Shown here piece by piece: positions 55,845 through 64,000 of a stretch of 64,000 nt of DNA. Each line of letters opens with the position of its first letter. Positions within the stretch are counted from its first letter, which is position 1. The stretch is from Candidatus Parcubacteria bacterium. GTDB lineage: Bacteria; Patescibacteriota; Patescibacteriia; Patescibacteriales; UBA12075. The stretch lies in NCBI GenBank assembly GCA_963814275.1, contig CAWFCE010000002.1:42537-106536 (forward strand). The letters are read 5' to 3'. The position numbers were made by a program, and so were the translations under genes. Below the pieces are notes generated by a model that worked only from the letters and a program-made list of their open reading frames with translations, searched no databases and had not been told where the DNA came from.

Positions 55845-57014
55845 CTATGTTTTTTTCCAATAATAGACCCAGTGGCGCTCCCAAACCATTTTTTTGACTG
55901 CTAAGTAGAGCTTCTCCGCCTTGACCTTGGTTTCCCGGGTCAGTTCATTATCGAGCGCCCGTATGGAGCGGATCAATTCGTTCGAACCGCGTTCGATCTG
56001 ATCCGGGTTCCAGGATATCGGACCGAACATTTTCTGGAAATCCCGGGCACTCGCCCACCAGAAAGTACAGCTCGCCAGACCGCGCACAAAATGCCAGCGA
56101 GCCCAATGGTAATTAACGTCACTCCGGTTGTCTTCGATCGTATTATAGGCCAATTGCGCCAGCTGCCATAATTTTTTCTGAACCGTATTGGTCTTTTCCT
56201 GCCAGAGATTGAAGGGTTCGCCTTTTTTAAGCTCCCGTTCGCTGGTCACCCAGGAATGCGCCGGCGGATTGATGGCAATCCTCTCTGTTCGGGCGTCGGC
56301 AAACTCACTTATCGTTTTCGTTTGCAGATTTTTCTCGGTCAAAAGCTTCTCGAAGACCGCCTTCGGATCGTTATGGCGCAGACCATACAGTTCTCCGTCA
56401 GTGGCGGTTATTACCGTTTCCGGCGATTTGGGATCAGCCAGCATTTTCGTCACCGCTTCAGGCACATAACTATTCGACAGATCGCGGCAACGCGCCACGA
56501 CCGCCATCTTGCTGGCGGAATCGGTATATACCCGGGTGCAATCATTGCCCTTCTCTTTGCCGGCAATCGCGATCTCATCCAGAATTATCCATTCGTAGCC
56601 CAGCTTTTTTATGATCCGGGCCGTTTGGGGACTGTACGCCATTTCCGGAAAGAAAAAACCCCGCGGTTTGTAATCGACGCCGATATATCTTCGCAAAATC
56701 TCTTCATGTTCCCTGATCTGGGCCTTGGTTTCTTTTTCGGGGACCAGGGGGATGATCGGATGATAAGCGGCAGTACCGGTAAGCTCGATCTTGCCCAGCT
56801 TGACCAAGCGAGCCAGGCGCCTGATAAGATCCTGATAGCCGAGTTCATCCCAGCGCAAAATCAAACAGCCGTTTATATTCATCGTGAACTTCACCGTCGG
56901 ATGCTCTTCCAGGGCGCGGATAATGCGCAAATAGCTCTTTTCCGTCGCTTCTTTGATGATATGCGCGTCGGCATTGGCCGGCTGGTAAATATGAAGAAAA
57001 TTGATCCAAAGCAT
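55845..57014 (-). CDS. glycoside hydrolase family 57 protein
   Basis: The N-terminal FLHIYQP signature and overall length are typical of GH57 alpha-glucan enzymes. Confidence 0.7.
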   Translation of the reverse strand: MLWINFLHIYQPANADAHIIKEATEKSYLRIIRALEEHPTVKFTMNINGCLILRWDELGYQDLIRRLARLVKLGKIELTGTAAYHPIIPLVPEKETKAQIREHEEILRRYIGVDYKPRGFFFPEMAYSPQTARIIKKLGYEWIILDEIAIAGKEKGNDCTRVYTDSASKMAVVARCRDLSNSYVPEAVTKMLADPKSPETVITATDGELYGLRHNDPKAVFEKLLTEKNLQTKTISEFADARTERIAINPPAHSWVTSERELKKGEPFNLWQEKTNTVQKKLWQLAQLAYNTIEDNRSDVNYHWARWHFVRGLASCTFWWASARDFQKMFGPISWNPDQIERGSNELIRSIRALDNELTRETKVKAEKLYLAVKKMVWERHWVYYWKKT

Positions 57015-57023
57015 ACACTGCGT

Positions 57024-57098
57024 GGAAATTGGAAATTAGCAACTGGAAATTTGGCATAAACTTCTAATTCAATTTCCTAATTTCCAATTTCAAATTTC
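57024..57098. repeat. heptamer-word hairpin (ggaaatt ggaaatt agcaact ggaaatt ... ctaatttccaatttc)
   Basis: Tandem 7-mers are followed by a complementary arm. The 23-nt cctaatttccaatttcaaatttc (57076-57098) is identical to 19711-19733. Confidence 0.75.
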
Positions 57099-57109
57099 TA
57101 ATTTCATTA

Positions 57110-58609
57110 TTATTTTCTTTTATTGTTCTTATGATTGTTTCCGTTCATCCTGATCACATCGCGAAACAGGGTAATATATTTTTTTGCCGGTATCTCCCAA
57201 CTGTTCGACTCCTGCATAATCCGCTCTACCAATTGCCGCCAAGCTTCCTGGTGGCGGTAATTCTCGATAGCGCGGATGATTGACCGGAAAAACGGAAATT
57301 CATGGAATTGTTCGAATACGAAACCGGTGCCTTTGCCGGTTGCGGGATTATAATCGCTCACCGTATCGTGCAAACCCCCGACCTTGCGTACGATCGGCAC
57401 GCAGCCATAGCGCATCGCTATGAGCTGATTGATCCCGCATGGTTCGTGGTGGGAAGGCAGCAGAAACATATCGGAACCGGCATAGCATAATGTTTCGTAC
57501 TTCTGGCACATTTCGTGAGAAGGGATGATGACAAAACGTTTAGGGTATCGCTTGGCAACCTTCTTTAGGGCATTAATATAGTTTTTATCCCCGGTGCCGA
57601 TCACTATCACCTGGAGATCAAGGCGCATCAGCTGTTCCATGATCTTGATGATCAATTCAAAGCCCTTTTGGAAAGTCACCCGCGAAGTCGTGCATATTAG
57701 CGGCGTCCGGGCATTCACAGGCAGGCCGAAAAGCTTCTGTAAATACATTTTGTTGGGCTTCCTGCGCTGGATATTCAAGTGGCTATACTGCTGGTACAAC
57801 CCGGGATCGACTGCCGGATTATAGGCTTTATTATCGATGCCGTTGACTATGCCGAACAGCCGGTCTTCGCGGTTTTTCAAAATCCGGTGCAGGTCCTGGC
57901 CGAAATTCTTGGTCATTATCTCTTCCCGGTACTGCTCGCTCACCGTGCCGATCGCGTCAGCGGTAAGGATGGCCCGTTTGACGAAATTGATATATTCCAG
58001 ACTCCGGTCATTCAGGTGGGGTATGCGGCTGCGGCCGTAATCTTTCTTGTCAAGCGGCACCTCCCACCAGTTCATCCCCAGCTGGAAAACCAGATTATGA
58101 ATGCTAAAAACCACCTTGGCGTGGGCCAAGGTTTTGGAATAACGAAAATCGGTTTTCAGATAATACGGGATCAAGCCGGTCTGGCGGTCATGGCAATGGA
58201 CGATATCGGCTTCGAACTTCAGGAGGGAAATAAGCTTCAGGGCGGCCACGTCGAATACCAGCCAGCGCGCGTTCTCGTGCTTGGAGCCGTACAAGTTCTT
58301 GCGCTGGGAAAAATATTTTTTGTTTTCGATAAAATAAACAGGCAGCCCGTGCATGAGATACCCTTTCCAATAATTCACCGTTACATGGTCTTCCGAATTA
58401 AGGTATACCTTAACATCCTCCATGATCATCTGCAGATCGTGTTTCTTCACATCAACTATCTGGCCATAGAGCGGGGTGACGATGATGATATCATGGCCCA
58501 GGCGCTTGATCGCTTTGGGCAGGCTCCTGGTCACGTCAGCCAGACCGCCGGTTTTGGAAAACGGGGAAACTTCCGACGCGATCGATACGATTTTTAATTT
58601 CTTCGCCAT
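57110..58609 (-). CDS. glgA: glycogen/starch synthase paralogue (GT5)
   Basis: ASEVSPFSKTGGLADV, HCHDRQTGL, PSHHEPCGINQLIAMRYG. Confidence 0.9.
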   Translation of the reverse strand: MAKKLKIVSIASEVSPFSKTGGLADVTRSLPKAIKRLGHDIIIVTPLYGQIVDVKKHDLQMIMEDVKVYLNSEDHVTVNYWKGYLMHGLPVYFIENKKYFSQRKNLYGSKHENARWLVFDVAALKLISLLKFEADIVHCHDRQTGLIPYYLKTDFRYSKTLAHAKVVFSIHNLVFQLGMNWWEVPLDKKDYGRSRIPHLNDRSLEYINFVKRAILTADAIGTVSEQYREEIMTKNFGQDLHRILKNREDRLFGIVNGIDNKAYNPAVDPGLYQQYSHLNIQRRKPNKMYLQKLFGLPVNARTPLICTTSRVTFQKGFELIIKIMEQLMRLDLQVIVIGTGDKNYINALKKVAKRYPKRFVIIPSHEMCQKYETLCYAGSDMFLLPSHHEPCGINQLIAMRYGCVPIVRKVGGLHDTVSDYNPATGKGTGFVFEQFHEFPFFRSIIRAIENYRHQEAWRQLVERIMQESNSWEIPAKKYITLFRDVIRMNGNNHKNNKRK

Positions 58610-58620
58610 ATTTTATCCCG

Positions 58621-58676
58621 CAACACATAACACGTAGCATTATTATTTATGATATCGTGCTACATGTTATGTATTG
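58621..58676. repeat. intergenic hairpin (caacacataacacgtagca / tgctacatgttatgtattg)
   Basis: 19-nt arms, nearly complementary, separated by an AT-rich loop. Confidence 0.65.
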
Positions 58677-58687
58677 CGTGCTATATG

Positions 58688-59221
58688 TTATGTGATTTGT
58701 GTCGAGTTGGCGGCGCAGATGGCGACAGCCAGAGCGTCGGCCGCGTCATCCGGTTTGGGCAGTTCGTCCAGTTTCAATAATATTTTGACCATCCGCTGAA
58801 CCTGCAGCTTGCTCGCCTGTCCGTAGGTGGACACGGCTTGTTTGACCTGGAGCGGGGTATATTCCGCCACGTCGACGCCGACCTGGCAGGCAGTCAGCAT
58901 TATCACCCCGCGCGCCTGGCCGACAGTAAGGGCGGTACGGACATTCTTGGCAAAATACAGCTGCTCCACGCCGATCAGCTGCGGTTTATAGCGCTTGATC
59001 AAGTCTGCCAGTTCACGGTGAAGCTGAAATAGCCTCTCCGAAAGCGGCAAGCCGGCTTTGGTCCTGATCGTGCCATATGTGACCGAACGAAGGACGCCTT
59101 TGCCATCACGGCTGATAACGCCATAACCGGTATCGGCGATTCCCGGATCTATTCCGAGAATTGTTAACGGGGATCGGTGATCGGAAATCGGAAATCGGGT
59201 TTTGGCTGGTTTGTTTGGCAT
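58688..59221 (-). CDS. ruvC: crossover junction endodeoxyribonuclease RuvC
   Basis: ILGIDPGIADTGYGVI, ...IGVEQLYF..., DAADALAVAIC. Confidence 0.9.
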   Translation of the reverse strand: MPNKPAKTRFPISDHRSPLTILGIDPGIADTGYGVISRDGKGVLRSVTYGTIRTKAGLPLSERLFQLHRELADLIKRYKPQLIGVEQLYFAKNVRTALTVGQARGVIMLTACQVGVDVAEYTPLQVKQAVSTYGQASKLQVQRMVKILLKLDELPKPDDAADALAVAICAANSTQIT

Positions 59222-59937
59222 TATATATTCGCGTTCGTATAAAAATTCGATACATCTTCGTTATCATCCAACTCTTCAATAAAGGCCTCCAGTTTCGCCT
59301 TGTCCTCGCCTTCGACCTTCATCTCTTCCTTGGCAACGTATTCCGTGTCAGCCGTTTCGGTCTGGATCTTTTTTTCTTCCAATAATTTTTTGACCGCCTG
59401 CAAACCGTCAACATCGGTAATAATCGTCACTCCTTCTTCTTCTTTGATGATATCCTGCGCCCCTGCTTCGATCAGCATAAGCTCCATCTCGTCATTCGTC
59501 ATTCGGAATTCGTCATTCGAAATTCGAATGACTCCCCGCTGTTCGAAATTCCACATCACCGAACCCAAAGAGCCGCCGCACTTGGAAAACATATGGCGTA
59601 TATTGGCGGCGCTGCGGTTCTTATTGTCGGTCAGCGTTTTGACGATGAACTGCGCTTTGGCCGGGCCGAAACCTTCATACGTCAGCTCTTCTATCACTTC
59701 GCCCTGCAGCTCGCCGGTACCGCGTTTGATCGCTTTGTCGATATTGTCTTTGGGCATATTGGCCTGCTTGGCCTTGTCTATCGCCATCCGCAGGGAAAAA
59801 TTCGTTTCCGGGTCGCCGCCCTTATCCCGCGCCGCCATAGCTATAAGACGGCCGATCCTGGTAAAAATCGCCCCTTTCTTGGCGTCATTGACCGCCTTGG
59901 CCCGTTTCGTTGTCGCCCATTTGCTATGTCCAGACAT
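59221..59937 (-). CDS. yebC: YebC/PmpR-family DNA-binding regulator
   Basis: MSGHSKWATTKRAKAVNDAKKG..., YEGFGP, and the stop overlaps the ruvC start. Confidence 0.9.
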   Translation of the reverse strand: MSGHSKWATTKRAKAVNDAKKGAIFTRIGRLIAMAARDKGGDPETNFSLRMAIDKAKQANMPKDNIDKAIKRGTGELQGEVIEELTYEGFGPAKAQFIVKTLTDNKNRSAANIRHMFSKCGGSLGSVMWNFEQRGVIRISNDEFRMTNDEMELMLIEAGAQDIIKEEEGVTIITDVDGLQAVKKLLEEKKIQTETADTEYVAKEEMKVEGEDKAKLEAFIEELDDNEDVSNFYTNANI

Positions 59938-60258
59938 AAAATTGTCATCAAATTAAAGTAAAAAATAAAATCTTTAAATCATTTTCCGCTTCAAATTAAC
60001 GTTTCAATCAACGGTAAAAGATTATTACAAATAAAAAAACCGGAACTTCCCATAAAATATCAAATATTTGCCGCCTGTCTTTTTATATAAAAAATAACTT
60101 ACAACTTATAACAAATAACATGGGGGTTTTACATTGCCTGTTATAGGTTATAAATTATAAGTTATTATATATCGAATACTTTTTAACGATACCACATATT
60201 GCGATAAAAATCAAGGTTTACTATAATGGATATATGATTATTAACCTTATATTACGTT

Positions 60259-61332
60259 ATGAGATTAGACGACCAAAGGCAATATGCCAAGCTTGACCCG
60301 AATTTTGTCGGCCAATCGATCGAACTCCTGCCTGACCAGATGCGCCAGGTGCTTGGCGAAGCGCCGCTCATCAAGATCCCCCGCGATTATGCCAGGGTCA
60401 CTCAGGTGGTGGTGAACGGCATGGGCGGCTCCAATCTGGGCACGCATTTCACCCGTTCCGCCTGGGCGGATGAGATCAAAGTGCCGGTCACGATCACGCC
60501 CGGTTACACCATACCGGCGCATGTCGGCAAAAATACGCTTTATCTGGTCTCTTCCTATTCCGGTACGACCGAAGAGCCGCTTTCCGCCATAAAAGAAGCG
60601 AAGAAGCGCGGCGCTAAGCTGGCGGCAATCACTGAAAACAGCCCCAAGAGCAAGCTCTGCAAATTGATGCTCAAGGAAAATATTCCCGGCTACATCTTCA
60701 AGCCGGAATACAACCCGAGCGGCCAGCCCCGCCTCGGTCTGGGCTATTCGATCTTCGGCCAGGCGGTGATACTGGCCAAGGCCGGAATGTTCACACTCAA
60801 GGTAAAGGCTATGGAAGATATCATCGGCCGGCTCGAGATCTGGACCCGTGGATTGCGGCCGCTTTCTCCCTCCCGGCAGAATCCCGCCAAGAAACTGGCT
60901 GCCGCCATATATGACCGGATCCCGACCCTGATCGGCGCCGAGCATCTCGTGGGCAACCTGCATGTGGCGCGCAACCAGATAAACGAATGTTCCAAACATT
61001 TCGCCAACTATCTGGAAATCCCCGATCTGAACCACTACACTATGGAAGGGCTCAAATTCCCGATCGCCAATAAACGCAATCTGGTTTTCGTCTTCTTCGA
61101 ATCCGCGCTTTACTCGCCCCGCGTCCGGAAGCGTTTCGCACTGACCAAGCAGGTGGTCAAAAAGAACGGCATCAAGGTCATATCATACGAGCTGAAAGGC
61201 GGGGACAAACTCACCCAATCATTCGAACTCCTGCAACTGGGCGCCTGGCTGAGCTACTATCTCGGCATCCTGAACCGCGTCAACCCGGCGGATATTCCCT
61301 ATGTTGATTGGTTCAAGGCGCAGCTGAAGTGA
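60259..61332 (+). CDS. bifunctional phosphoglucose/phosphomannose isomerase (SIS domain)
   Basis: VVNGMGGSNLG and LVSSYSGTTEEPL are SIS motifs. The layout resembles the archaeal-type PGI/PMI. Confidence 0.75.
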   Translation: MRLDDQRQYAKLDPNFVGQSIELLPDQMRQVLGEAPLIKIPRDYARVTQVVVNGMGGSNLGTHFTRSAWADEIKVPVTITPGYTIPAHVGKNTLYLVSSYSGTTEEPLSAIKEAKKRGAKLAAITENSPKSKLCKLMLKENIPGYIFKPEYNPSGQPRLGLGYSIFGQAVILAKAGMFTLKVKAMEDIIGRLEIWTRGLRPLSPSRQNPAKKLAAAIYDRIPTLIGAEHLVGNLHVARNQINECSKHFANYLEIPDLNHYTMEGLKFPIANKRNLVFVFFESALYSPRVRKRFALTKQVVKKNGIKVISYELKGGDKLTQSFELLQLGAWLSYYLGILNRVNPADIPYVDWFKAQLK

Positions 61333-61412
61333 CGTTGGGATGGTTGGGATGGTTGGGATTTTTGGGATAAAAATCATTATTCAAAGATCTTCTATCATTT
61401 ATATATTCATCG

Positions 61413-61445
61413 GAAGGCGGCCAAACGTTTGGCCGCCTTCTTTAA
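61413..61445 (+). terminator. intrinsic terminator after the isomerase gene
   Basis: A perfect palindrome gaaggcggccaaacgtttggccgccttc is followed by tttaaatt. Confidence 0.7.
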
Positions 61446-61631
61446 ATTCGCACCCACCCGTTGGGGCGCAGCGCGCTACGCCCTTCGCGGTTAACCGCAG
61501 AACTTTTACAATCGCCGCCGTTTGGGGCATGGCGCGCAATGCCCCTACGAGGAAATTAATTTTCCAAAGAAAAAATCCGGCCATGTCCTCACCCACGACC
61601 GGATTAAATTTTGAAATTAATAACTAACGAA

Positions 61632-62654
61632 TTAAACGAATAGCTTGGTTACCGATTTACCGGTAAAACTGTTAAGCATGGCTTCCCCTAATAATTTTGA
61701 TACTGTAACCGGGCGTACCTTATCGCATGAAACTGCTTCAGGGGGTAGTGCGACTGAATCGGACACCATCAAGCTTTTTAATTGCGAACGGTCTACAAGC
61801 TTAACCGCATCTCCGGATAGTACAGGATGCATACAACAGGAATGAACCTCCAAGGCCCCTTGCTCCATGACAGCATCAGCGCCTTTAGTTAGTGTACCGG
61901 CTGTATCAACCATATCATCTACGATTATGGCTACTTTACCCTCAACGTCCCCGACTACCGTCATACCCGCGATTGCATTTGGTCCGGTACGCCTTTTATC
62001 AATTATTGCTATACCGGCGTTCAGATGCTTTGCAAAAAACCGAGCCCTTTCCGTGCCTCCGGCATCAGGGGATACGATAACCAAATTATCGTCCCATAAT
62101 GTTTTAATTTCTTTTATCATGACATACGAGGCATGTAAATTATCGACCGGGATACTGAAAAAACCTTGGATTTGACCTGAATGGAAATCCATCCCGATAA
62201 CCCTGTTGGCTCCAGCTGTTATTAGAAGGTCTGCTACTAATCTGGCAGTAATCGGGACATGCGGTTCTTTCTTTTGATCCTGACGGCCGTAGCCATAATA
62301 TGGAATCACTGCAGTGATCTTGCTGGCAGAAGACAGCTTAAAAGCGTTTATCATAACCAATAACTCTATTAGATAATCGCTAACCGAGCGACCGTTACTG
62401 GTGCAGGTTGATTGGATTACGAAAATATCACGCAACCTCATGTTCTCTTCAGCTTTTACCCATGATTCCTTGTCGCTGAAAGTTTTAACAAGTGCCTTAC
62501 TTAATTGCACTTCAGCTCCAATCAATTCGGAAATTGTGGCACAGATTTTCTTGGCCAAAACCGGGTTTGAATTACCAGTAAAAACCCGGCATTTTCTGGG
62601 AAAATCTTTGGGATCATTGATGCAATCATCATCCATTAAACATGCAGATGTCAT
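61632..62654 (-). CDS. prs: ribose-phosphate pyrophosphokinase
   Basis: DFHSGQIQGFF, IVSPDAGG, and IIVDDMVDTAGT (the PRPP-binding loop). Confidence 0.9.
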   Translation of the reverse strand: MTSACLMDDDCINDPKDFPRKCRVFTGNSNPVLAKKICATISELIGAEVQLSKALVKTFSDKESWVKAEENMRLRDIFVIQSTCTSNGRSVSDYLIELLVMINAFKLSSASKITAVIPYYGYGRQDQKKEPHVPITARLVADLLITAGANRVIGMDFHSGQIQGFFSIPVDNLHASYVMIKEIKTLWDDNLVIVSPDAGGTERARFFAKHLNAGIAIIDKRRTGPNAIAGMTVVGDVEGKVAIIVDDMVDTAGTLTKGADAVMEQGALEVHSCCMHPVLSGDAVKLVDRSQLKSLMVSDSVALPPEAVSCDKVRPVTVSKLLGEAMLNSFTGKSVTKLFV

Positions 62655-62784
62655 TTTTTCCTCCTTTTCAAGTTGTTTGGTGTTTATGATTTTACCTTAT
62701 TCGTTTAAACCGATATATTTTCAAGAACATATATAAAAGGTTATAAAAATATCCAACTAATTTAACCAGTCTAACCAACCAGGC

Positions 62785-64000
62785 TTATTTAACCAATTTC
62801 TTCACCATATAAGTCTCCCTCAGCCGATAACCCAGCTTGCGGTAATAGGGGCGGACTCCCACACCGGCGATTACGGCTATTTTTTCGCATCCCTGTTCCC
62901 GGGCGATCCGCTCCGCTTCCGCCATCAATCTCCGTCCCAGTCCGGCGTGCTGGATCTTCTTACCCTTGCCGACCGGCACCAGTTCCCCATACACATGCAA
63001 CTCGCGGACCAGGGAATTTTCGATTTTCGATTTTCGATTTTCGATTCTTAAACGGCAAAAACCATATAGTATTTTTTTGTCCCGGGAATTTGCCGAGATG
63101 AAATATTCCTTTCCCGAAGAAGCGTTATATTCGACAATCTCCAGTCTCCAGTCTCCAGTCTCCAGACTCTCCCCTCTAGGCTCCCGGCAGCGGATACAAT
63201 TGCATTTCACTCCCTGTAGCTTCAATTCCTGGCGCAGATTCGTGATCCGGTTGCCGGCGACGATCGACTCGGCCGGGATGTCGCGGATCAAGCGGATGAT
63301 GCGGACATATCGCGGCACAGCGGCTTTGCATTCTATTATCAAATTGCGCAGAACCTTTTCCGAATACGGCTTATACTTGCCCTGCCGCCACCAGCGGTAT
63401 AACAAACTGCCCTTGGTGACGACTGTGGGATAAAACTTGATCTGGTCCGGCTGGAACCGCTCATCGGTAAAAAGCTGCCGGAACATCTTAAGGTCTTTAC
63501 CGGCGGTAGCGCCGGGCAGGCCGGGCATGATATGGTAAGTAACTTTGAAGCCGAAATCCTTGAGCAATCCGGTCGCGGCGGCAATTTCATAGACACCATG
63601 GCCGCGTTTGTTTTTGTCTAAAATTTTATCGTCAATCGCCTGTACTCCCAATTCGATCCGGGTTGCTCCCAATTCCCGCATCTCCCAAAGCTCTTTTTCG
63701 TCAATATGGTCAGGCCGGGTCTCCAGGGTGATTCCGATCAGGCGGAAACGCGATCGTTCGTTTATTTTTTGTTGTTTTAGTAAGTCTTTCTTTATACTAT
63801 AGACAGATAGCTTTGTCAAATTATTCCTCACCGGCCCTTTGCTTTTATTGATCTTAAATTCGTTAGCCGCCCGAAAGCATTCGGTAATATACCAATACTT
63901 ATATTTGCGCGGCAGGACGCTCCAGGTACCGCCGATCACGATCAACTCGATCTTATCCGGTTCATGGCCGTTATTGGTAAGGGCGCGCAGACGGTCCTGG
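62785..64000 (-). CDS. elp3: Elp3-like radical-SAM/GNAT tRNA-modification enzyme (5' end outside window)
   Basis: ITLETRPD, ATRIELGVQ, YHIMPGLPG, a C-terminal GNAT region (LVRELHVYG...GLGRRLM), and a frame that stays open to the window edge (...LIVIGGTW). Confidence 0.8.
   Translation of the reverse strand, partial: QDRLRALTNNGHEPDKIELIVIGGTWSVLPRKYKYWYITECFRAANEFKINKSKGPVRNNLTKLSVYSIKKDLLKQQKINERSRFRLIGITLETRPDHIDEKELWEMRELGATRIELGVQAIDDKILDKNKRGHGVYEIAAATGLLKDFGFKVTYHIMPGLPGATAGKDLKMFRQLFTDERFQPDQIKFYPTVVTKGSLLYRWWRQGKYKPYSEKVLRNLIIECKAAVPRYVRIIRLIRDIPAESIVAGNRITNLRQELKLQGVKCNCIRCREPRGESLETGDWRLEIVEYNASSGKEYFISANSRDKKILYGFCRLRIENRKSKIENSLVRELHVYGELVPVGKGKKIQHAGLGRRLMAEAERIAREQGCEKIAVIAGVGVRPYYRKLGYRLRETYMVKKLVK

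Noticed and set aside
1-64000. CRISPR arrays, tRNA genes and rRNA genes.
   Set aside because: No regularly spaced direct repeats with unique spacers were seen, and the tandem words are contiguous 7-mers arranged as hairpin arms. No cloverleaf or T-loop consensus and no rRNA-like conserved stretches were seen by eye. A tRNAscan/Infernal run is needed to be certain.
1-64000. Alternative genetic code (UGA recoding, as in some CPR lineages).
   Set aside because: Long genes are intact under the standard code, and TGA is used as a genuine stop, for example at the recombinase and several host genes.

Overview
This 64-kb window appears to come from a small-genome, CPR/Patescibacteria-like bacterium. 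That assignment is an inference from gene content only: a lone PilB, lamin-tail-domain (LTD) surface proteins, GH57/GlgA glycogen genes, a Memo-AMMECR1 fusion, and charged low-complexity tails on housekeeping proteins. About 40 host genes are present and almost all lie on the minus strand. Recognisable ones are ftsH, rpsA, gyrA, ftsK, smc, phoH-like, a glycogen cluster, ruvC, yebC, prs and elp3-like. By eye the host DNA is roughly balanced in GC. The main feature is a conspicuously AT-rich insertion of about 15.6 kb (25181-40813) that splits an LTD/PKD surface-protein gene. Deleting it at a duplicated TCGTTG restores one open frame (...DPADGGNE|WVELYNPG...). The island starts with a large serine recombinase whose stop codon lies beyond the crossover. 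Its two ends form an attP-like palindrome when joined. Its cargo includes a restriction-modification module (two amino-methyltransferases plus an endonuclease carrying a ferredoxin-type Fe-S motif) and an Mrr-like nuclease fusion. It also carries a second, short serine recombinase with DUF2958 and zinc-ribbon genes, and a tightly packed five-gene operon of unrecognised proteins. That operon is my best candidate for an undescribed defence or DNA-modification system. It encodes a Panacea-like protein, a 3-TM protein, a small PD-(D/E)xK protein, a 478-aa protein with TGT/DpdA-like hallmarks, and a 287-aa unknown. Host intergenic regions carry an unusual family of hairpins whose arms are degenerate tandem heptamer words, and similar heptamer arrays occur inside yebC and elp3. 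No rRNA, tRNA or CRISPR array was found. Two structured non-coding segments (36066-36185 and 47327-47680) are candidate ncRNAs of unknown class. Every functional call rests on motifs read by eye from the translations. No searches, folding or composition statistics were run.
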